Assembly: GCA_035193785.1 (NCBI GenBank)
Contig: CP136572.1
Span: 2,196,578-2,260,577, forward strand
Length of the DNA: 64,000 nucleotides
Direction of reading: 5' to 3'
Source of the DNA: Planktothrix sp. GU0601_MAG3
Lineage (GTDB): Bacteria > Cyanobacteriota > Cyanobacteriia > Cyanobacteriales > Microcoleaceae
A model generated the notes under the pieces. That model was given only the letters and a program-made list of their open reading frames with translations. It did no database searches and was not told the DNA's origin. Positions 58,475 to 64,000 of the stretch are shown here, piece by piece. Made by a program: the position numbers and the translations under genes. The stretch's first letter is position 1. Every line of letters starts with the position of its first letter.

Positions 58475-59653
58475 TTAGGAAGACCCCTCTTGATCTTCGG
58501 GCTCGGAAAGATTATTAAACCAACCGCGTTTCCAGAAGAAGAAAAATAACCCTAAAGCGATGAAAAACATCATTCCCAAACACACCGGATAACCCCAATA
58601 CCAATTGAGTTCCGGCATATTTAAAGGAGAGGTTTCGGGATTAAAGTTCATTCCGTAGACCCCAGCTACAAAGGTTAGGGGAATAAAAATAGTCGAAATA
58701 ACGGTGAGCAATTTCATAATTTCATTCATTTTATTGCTCATCGTAGACATATAAATTCCCATTAAATCCGAGGATAATTCTCGATAGGTTTCCACCATAT
58801 CCCGAACTAAAATAGTATGATCATAACAGTCTCGCAAATATATCCGAACTTCTGGACTAATTAAATCGCTTCCATCTCTAATTAATACATTAATCGCTTC
58901 CCGTTGCGCCCAAATTGCTCGCCGCAGGGTAAATAAATCCCGACGAATACCATAAATTCTAGCTAGATCTTTAGGGACAGGATTAAAGACAACCTTGTCT
59001 TCTAAATCTTCTAAAATATTTCCATATTCTTCTAATACCGGGAAAAAACCATCAATAATTGCATCTAAAATCGCATAGGCTAAATAATCAGCCCCTTGTT
59101 TACGAATAATTCCTTGATTATAACGAATGCGATCGCGCACAGGTTGTAAACAATCATATTCCGCTTCTTCCTGTACCGTGAGTAAATAATTTTTCCCTAA
59201 AATAATACTCACCTGTTCTTTATGGAGGGGATCTGCTCCGGGTTTAATCATGATCATCCAAGCCACAATTACCAATTGACCATCATATTCCACAACTTTC
59301 GGCCGTTGGGGAACATTCACCACATCTTCTAAGGCGATCGGATGTAAATTAAATACCTTCGCCATCCGATCCCAAGTGTCTTGATTTCCTAACCCTAAAA
59401 TATCTAACCAAGAAACAGAATGAGTATCCAAATAAGGCGCACATTCCTCCGGTGTTTTTAAGGTTAAACGAGTCGCAATTTCGTCACTATAATCAATTAA
59501 AACCATTTCCGGGGGGGGATCATCAGCTTCAACATCTAATGTTCCCGGTGGTGTTCCCGGATCATCATAGAAATAATCTAATTTGGATTCTTCTTCATCT
59601 TCATCAATAGCAGAATCGAGCGGGGGCATCGTAGATTTTATACTGTGTGCCAT
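58475..59653 (-). CDS. corA: Mg2+/Co2+ transporter CorA
   Basis: HPIALED, QRPK, MNEIMKLLT, YGMNF, MPEL.W.WGY. Confidence 0.96.
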   Translation of the reverse strand: MAHSIKSTMPPLDSAIDEDEEESKLDYFYDDPGTPPGTLDVEADDPPPEMVLIDYSDEIATRLTLKTPEECAPYLDTHSVSWLDILGLGNQDTWDRMAKVFNLHPIALEDVVNVPQRPKVVEYDGQLVIVAWMIMIKPGADPLHKEQVSIILGKNYLLTVQEEAEYDCLQPVRDRIRYNQGIIRKQGADYLAYAILDAIIDGFFPVLEEYGNILEDLEDKVVFNPVPKDLARIYGIRRDLFTLRRAIWAQREAINVLIRDGSDLISPEVRIYLRDCYDHTILVRDMVETYRELSSDLMGIYMSTMSNKMNEIMKLLTVISTIFIPLTFVAGVYGMNFNPETSPLNMPELNWYWGYPVCLGMMFFIALGLFFFFWKRGWFNNLSEPEDQEGSS

Positions 59654-59758
59654 AAAAAACTGCCCTGGGAGTTAATGGAATGGGTTGGGGAATTTAAAAA
59701 ACTAATCCCAGTTTAACCGATAGGGTTCAAAAGGGAACTTATATTTTAATAAAAAAAT

Positions 59759-60223
59759 CTATTGGCTGTTTTCGAGGATTTTAAATTCCCTTAAAGCGGG
59801 GAAAAAGTTCTTATTTTCATGACTAGGACGGCTTAACTTTAGTAAAGCAAATCGCTGTAACGGGCTTAAATCTTGCCAGTTTTTCAAGGTAATATTAATA
59901 TCTATTTCCTCGGCTTTTTGCTGTACTGTATCCGGTAATTTTGTGATTTCTAACCAAGGCGGGTGCTCATCAATGGGTAAATCCTTGAGGGGAATATTAG
60001 TATATTGTTCTGCTAATTGATATAATAAATTCCGATATTCTGTAATTTCTTCCAGTGTATCAATCGGATTTTCTACCAACAGTTGGCGAGCATCCTGACT
60101 AAATTTATTCCAATGTTCCAGTTTTAACTTAACCCCACAACTATCAAGTTTATACCGCACAATCATCGGAATACAGTGCAAAGATTCCACAAAATCCTGT
60201 TCAAATTCAAACAAATGATTCAT
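59759..60223 (-). CDS. narM: Nitrate reductase-associated (maturation) protein
   Basis: FEFEQDFVESLHCIPMIVRYKLD, LQRFALLKLSRPSHENKNF. Confidence 0.85.
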   Translation of the reverse strand: MNHLFEFEQDFVESLHCIPMIVRYKLDSCGVKLKLEHWNKFSQDARQLLVENPIDTLEEITEYRNLLYQLAEQYTNIPLKDLPIDEHPPWLEITKLPDTVQQKAEEIDINITLKNWQDLSPLQRFALLKLSRPSHENKNFFPALREFKILENSQ

Positions 60224-60382
60224 ATAGTATTCCTATTTGATTGGTGTCCAAAATTGTTAATTGGGAATGGGTAATGGGTAATGGGTAATGGGTAATTACG
60301 AATTACGAATTACGGACGGGGAATGGTTAATAGAAAGAGTTTACTCCCCCTGCCTCCCCTGCTCCCCCTGCCTCCCCTGCTC

Positions 60383-61462
60383 CTACTTCTGCTCTGGATG
60401 AGCCGCTTCTGGGGAAGTAGCAGCCATCCTATTAATTGTATAAATCATTTGATACAATCGCCCCACTCGACGTTGATTAAAATGGAAGGTTAAACGGGGT
60501 AATTCCTCTGTATCGTCGCCAACTTCTTCCGGTAAGGCTTGGGTTTTTTCAATCCTACCTTTAGATAACATATCGTGAAACTCCGTATTTAGTTGTTCCA
60601 CTTGTTGCTCAGATAATTCTGATTTTAACCGGACGACAAACTGATCTCTAACATGACGACTAGAATGATAGACACGATAGAAACTAGCGATCGCTTCACA
60701 AGCAACAGACAAATCATCAGTAATCGTATAAAAACTAGGATCATCGGGTGAAATCAATCCCCGATTTAGCATTTGTTTATGAATAAATTGGTTAAGATCA
60801 TACCAGTAATCTCCCCCCGGGCGATCCACCAAAATTAACGGAGCGGGGCCGAATTTTCCCGTTTGAATTAAGGTTAAACATTCAAAGGTTTCATCTAAAG
60901 TTCCAAACCCCCCGGGAAACATAGCCAAAGCATCACTTTCGCGTAAAAAAAATAACTTGCGTGTGAAAAAATACTTGAACATAATCGCCTTTTTATTCCC
61001 GTGAATATAAGGATTAGAAGATTGTTCAAAAGGAAGTTGAATATTTAAACCAAACGATAAATCCAGACCCGCTCCTTCGTTTCCCGCCTGCATAATCCCA
61101 CCGCCACCCCCGGTTAAGACCATAAAACCTTGTTGGGTGACACATTGGGCAAAATCCGCCGCCATTTGATATTCCGGGGTATCGCACCGAATGCGAGCCG
61201 AACCAAAAATACAAATTTTGCGAACATGGCGATAGGGATAAAAAATTTGAAAACCCCGCTCTAAGTCCAATAAAGAAGCCGAAATAATTTTCCAGTCTAG
61301 GGTTTCAAATTCTTCTCCCGCCATCCTAACTAGACTAGAAAGCGAGCGGGAAATCCATTTTTTATGTTTCAAATTTGGGAGTTTATTCACCAACGGGATA
61401 ATATCCGCTTGTAGAGAATCTCCCGCCAAACTAATATCTGAGGGGTTCATAAAATTTATCAC
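60383..61462 (-). CDS. LOG family protein
   Basis: IFGSAR, TGGGGGIM.AGN, FKYFFTRK, PGGFGTLDE. Confidence 0.9.
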   Translation of the reverse strand: MINFMNPSDISLAGDSLQADIIPLVNKLPNLKHKKWISRSLSSLVRMAGEEFETLDWKIISASLLDLERGFQIFYPYRHVRKICIFGSARIRCDTPEYQMAADFAQCVTQQGFMVLTGGGGGIMQAGNEGAGLDLSFGLNIQLPFEQSSNPYIHGNKKAIMFKYFFTRKLFFLRESDALAMFPGGFGTLDETFECLTLIQTGKFGPAPLILVDRPGGDYWYDLNQFIHKQMLNRGLISPDDPSFYTITDDLSVACEAIASFYRVYHSSRHVRDQFVVRLKSELSEQQVEQLNTEFHDMLSKGRIEKTQALPEEVGDDTEELPRLTFHFNQRRVGRLYQMIYTINRMAATSPEAAHPEQK

Positions 61463-61646
61463 CTAAAACAAAGCGCCTCAGAGCCAAGGTTCCAAGACGC
61501 AATACCCGTGAATAATCGGCTTGAGATTCAAGTATCACTTTCCTGGGAATTGAAAACCAATTTTATTAACCGACTCAAATCTACTCTTTTTTTTCAGCCC
61601 GTTTTTGAGTTTAGTAATCAATCCAGGTAACAATGATTAAAGTATT

Positions 61647-61991
61647 CTACTGGCTACTCTTTGGAGAATTAATATGACCCTCCAAAGTTGATGCTAAAGT
61701 CGTTTTAGGGACAGCACCTACAACCATATCCACCCTTTGACCATCTTTGAAAATCATCAGAGTTGGGATACTGCGAATTCCATACTGACTAGCAGTATTA
61801 GGATTTTCATCTGTGTTGAGCTTGACTACTTTGAGTTGTCCAATATATTGCTGCGCAATTTCTTCTACAACCGGTGCAACCATACGACAAGGCCCACACC
61901 AAGGAGCCCAAAAATCCACTAATACCGGGATTGTACTCTCAAGCACATCCTGTTTAAAACTAGCATCAGTAACTGGTAAGGCGTTGGACAT
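61647..61991 (-). CDS. trxA: Thioredoxin (m-type)
   Basis: [18 protein letters not shown]. Confidence 0.96.
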   Translation of the reverse strand: MSNALPVTDASFKQDVLESTIPVLVDFWAPWCGPCRMVAPVVEEIAQQYIGQLKVVKLNTDENPNTASQYGIRSIPTLMIFKDGQRVDMVVGAVPKTTLASTLEGHINSPKSSQ

Positions 61992-62100
61992 CTCTATACA
62001 TCCTTGATAATATAAAAGACCTTTTTGTCTATTCTACTCTTAATTTGAGCAAGCTTTCTACAAAGCAATAACTCCCGATTATATTTCAATATGATCTCCA

Positions 62101-62171
62101 AAAGAAACCGCCCGAACAAAAGTCCAGGCGGAGTGTGGTGTGAGGAGTGAACGGAAACATACGTCTCCGCT
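62101..62171 (-). ncRNA. yfr1: Cyanobacterial sRNA Yfr1
   Basis: Minus strand: 5' hairpin, ACTCCTCACAC motif (62148-62138), terminator CCGCC..GGCGG-TTTCTTT; known guaB-trxA location. Confidence 0.92.
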
Positions 62172-62276
62172 TCTTCTATTGTGCCATTTTATTTCATATA
62201 ATTCCAGGTTGAGTCGTAAGTTTTACAACGATTTAACAAGTTTCGTCAAGAATCTTGAAACCCAACCTCCGTAAAT

Positions 62277-63441
62277 TTACTTGCCCATCCCTAACTGTTG
62301 AGCTTTTTGATAGACCTTTCCTTCCGTCAACAGTGAAGGAGCAATCACCACTTCCACCTGCTGCATTTCTGCAATCGTCTGCGCTCCCAAGGTTTCCCAT
62401 ACTGGTTTTTAACGCCCCCAATAAATTATGAGTCCCGTCATCGAGTTGAGCCGGGCCGCGCAGAATTTGTTCTAAGGTTCCGGTTGTCCCCACCCGAATC
62501 CGAGTTCCCCGGGGTAACACCGGGCTAGGGGTCGCCATACCCCAGTGATAGCCCCGTCCGGGTGCTTCTTTCGCCCGAGCAAAGGGGGAACCAATCATCA
62601 CGCCATCGGCACCACAGGCGATACATTTACAGATATCTCCTCCGGTAATTAGGCCTCCATCGGCAATAATTGGCACATAACGTCCGGTTTCCTGGTAATA
62701 ATCATTGCGAGCGGCGGCACAGTCAGCTACGGCCGTGGCTTGGGGAACTCCCACCCCTAAAACCCCCCGGGAGGTACAGGCTGCTCCCGGGCCAATCCCC
62801 ACTAAAATTCCGGCGGCTCCGGCTCTAAGTAAATCTAGGGTGATATCGTAGGTGACACAGTTCCCCAAAATCACCGGAATCGGCATTTCTTGGCAAAATT
62901 TGACTAAATCCAGAGGAATCACCGACTCTGGCGATAGGAATGTGGTTGACACCACCGTGGCTTGCACGAAGAATAAATCAGCCCCGGCTTCAGCCACTAT
63001 CGAACCATATTTACTAGCTCCGACTGGGGTTGCACTCACCGCCGCAATTCCGCCCCCTTTCTTGATTTCCTGAATGCGTTGGGTAATCAATTCTGGTTTA
63101 ACCGGTTCTGCATATAATTCTTGCATCAGAGTGACAAACCCATCTTTCCCGACTGAGGTGATACGGTCTAAAATCGGTTCTGGGTCTTGATAACGGGTTT
63201 GAATCCCTTCGAGGTTCAACACCCCCAAGGCCCCCAGTTTAGATAATTCTACCGCCATCCGCACATCAACTACCCCATCCATGGCACTGGCAATGATCGG
63301 AATTTCTCGTTGAATGCCACCAATTGTCCAAGTTGTGTCTGCCAAACCCGGGTCAAGGGTGCGTTGTCCAGGGACTAACGCAATTTCATCAATGCCATAA
63401 GCTCTGCGGGCAACTTTGCCCCGCCCAATTACAATATCCAC
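62277..63441 (-). CDS. guaB: IMP dehydrogenase-related protein, GuaB3 family (frameshift near 62395)
   Basis: ASAMDGVV, GIGPGAACTSR, ADGG, WGMATPS; shifted frame ends ...GK*. Confidence 0.9.
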
Positions 63442-63583
63442 TCTTGTATGTGTTCCCAAGACTTTATTTCTAATTAGACTATCACAATCGAGCCAGAGGG
63501 AGCAGGGGAGTAGGGGGGCGGGGGAGCAGGGGGAGCAGGGAGCAGGGAGTTGGGGGAGTTGGGGGAGTTGGGGAGTGATTTTT

Positions 63584-63686
63584 TAGGACTTACGCAGAAA
63601 CCGGGTTTCTGAACGATAAATCACCGATTTCATTCGCAAAATCAGAGCCAGAAACCCGGTTTCTTTGGTCTTGTGCGTAAGTCCTG
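63584..63686. mobile_element. MITE, inverted near-identical copy of 53662-53763
   Basis: TAGGACTTACGCA ... TGCGTAAGTCCTG; ATTTTT on both flanks. Confidence 0.85.
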
Positions 63687-63794
63687 ATTTTTTTAAGTTT
63701 TGAAACCCTTCTGATCTATAACCCCTTGAATCCGATGGGAAAACTGGAGTATAATAAAAGCAAAGGTTTTCATTGAACTTAGAGGATATTAACT

Positions 63795-64000
63795 ATGACA
63801 CTTCGACTTGGGGATACCGTCCCGAACTTTACTCAAGCCTCCTCTGAAGGCGACATCAGCTTTTATGATTGGGCTGGGGATAGCTGGGTAGTGTTATTTT
63901 CTCACCCGGCGGACTATACTCCGGTTTGTACAACGGAATTGGGCACTGTTGCTAAGTTAAAACCCGAATTCGACAAACGCAATGTTAAAGTTATTGCTCT
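63795..64000 (+). CDS. 1-Cys peroxiredoxin (partial, runs off the window)
   Basis: GAGG RBS; MTLRLGDTVPNFTQ..WVVLFSHPADYTPVCTTELG. Confidence 0.92.
   Translation, partial: MTLRLGDTVPNFTQASSEGDISFYDWAGDSWVVLFSHPADYTPVCTTELGTVAKLKPEFDKRNVKVIA

Noticed and set aside
1569..63073. Short antisense or overlapping ORFs in the six-frame track
   Set aside because: Shadows of well-supported genes on the other strand or frame, with no independent motifs
1..64000. Mass pseudogenisation or programmed frameshifting
   Set aside because: Essential genes are affected, the slips are single bases in short homopolymers, and no shared slippery motif was seen; sequencing error is simpler

Overview
Chromosomal window of a filamentous cyanobacterium, probably Oscillatoriales and Planktothrix-like (inferred from low GC, HIP1 octamers GCGATCGC, heptamer STRR tracts, psaK, CAB-domain hemH and Yfr1). 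It is mostly core genome: exbBD, mutS, tRNA-Gln, tatC, cruP, psaK, ndbB, xfp/ackA, hemH, acr3-arsC-arsH, corA, narM, trxA, Yfr1, guaB3 and a peroxiredoxin. More than 20 genes, including essential ones, are split by single-base slips, which points to long-read indel errors rather than pseudogenes; joined coordinates are given. Main points of interest: (1) three tandem RTX-type secreted-protein genes, two of which share the upstream region, N-terminus and C-terminus but carry unrelated protease domains (S8 versus metzincin); (2) an ABC-ATPase plus a TOPRIM-like partner that appears internally deleted, resembling a PARIS-type defence module; (3) an LRAT/NC-domain protein fused to a PspA/Vipp1-like helix; (4) many REP/MITE elements, including TIR shells carrying different REP cargo and a ~191-bp tandem array with a compensatory base-pair change; (5) a 178-bp duplication ending inside the tRNA-Gln 3' end. 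No CRISPR array, transposase or prophage was seen. All family calls come from motif recognition by eye; no searches were run.
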